A stretch of 64,000 nucleotides of DNA from Camelus dromedarius (lineage: Eukaryota), in the NCBI RefSeq assembly GCF_036321535.1, contig NC_087436.1:33854001-33918000 (forward strand), given 5' to 3'. Both the position numbers and the translations under genes were made by a program. Below, piece after piece: positions 63,756 to 64,000 of the stretch (position 1 is the first letter of the stretch; every line of letters begins with the position of its first letter). The notes under the pieces are model-generated. The model made no database searches, was not told the origin of the DNA, and saw only the letters and a list, made by a program, of their open reading frames with translations.

Positions 63756-63800
63756 CTTTTTATCCTAATGGTGCTTGAAATGAAGAAATAAAATAGATGA
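63280..63800 (-). mobile_element. L2 fragment containing a (TATC)n repeat at 63716-63755
   Basis: gaattaaggatgattttaaggatctgaca..gcttagggctagaaaaatagag. Confidence 0.65.
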
Positions 63801-64000
63801 GCGATAAATACATATTGATTTTTGCTTCTTGTTTTTATGCATTTATTTCTCTTTCATTAGCACTCCATTTTCCTTTTAGTTGACTGAAATTTGGTAAGTA
63901 ATTATCAGACTTACGCAATAAATATTTAACTTACGTTGTATAAATGCTGCTAGAACCTATGTAGTAGATTTACACTCCCACTTTCAAAAGTAGCCAGTGG

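Noticed and set aside
63861..63899. Plus-strand micro-exon (ttag|...ttg|gtaagt)
   Set aside because: The 33-nt version has stops in all frames, the 14-nt version shifts frame, and there is no partner exon
1..64000. CRISPR arrays, tRNA/rRNA, operons, intact autonomous elements
   Set aside because: Mammalian DNA with no regularly spaced repeats or structural RNA signatures, and all retroelement ORFs are broken

Overview
AT-rich, repeat-dense mammalian genomic DNA. It is probably camelid: the young L1 3' end at 264-581 looks camelid-type, and I saw no Bov-tA, PRE-1 or CHR SINEs. No intact protein-coding gene, RNA gene or CRISPR array can be supported, and most ORF-track entries are fragments of L1, LTR or simple repeats. 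The main non-repeat feature is a ~1.43 kb minus-strand processed pseudogene of SLC16A10 (MCT10/TAT1) at ~52159-53584, with TSDs, AATAAA and a poly(A) remnant. It copies exons 1-3 and then switches, exactly at the recalled exon-3 end, to a ~380 nt non-canonical terminal segment. This looks like a fossil of an alternative or chimeric transcript. Its CpG-rich 5' end lies ~140 bp downstream of a same-orientation MER41-like LTR that carries a GAS motif. A second, much more decayed retrocopy resembling FAPP/PLEKHA3 PH-domain genes is tentatively seen at ~31500-32950. The rest is nested L1, L2, L3/CR1, MIR, MaLR/ERVL/ERV1 LTRs, Tigger/MER DNA transposons and microsatellites. Family names and reference sequences are recalled from memory, not searched, and most repeat boundaries are approximate.
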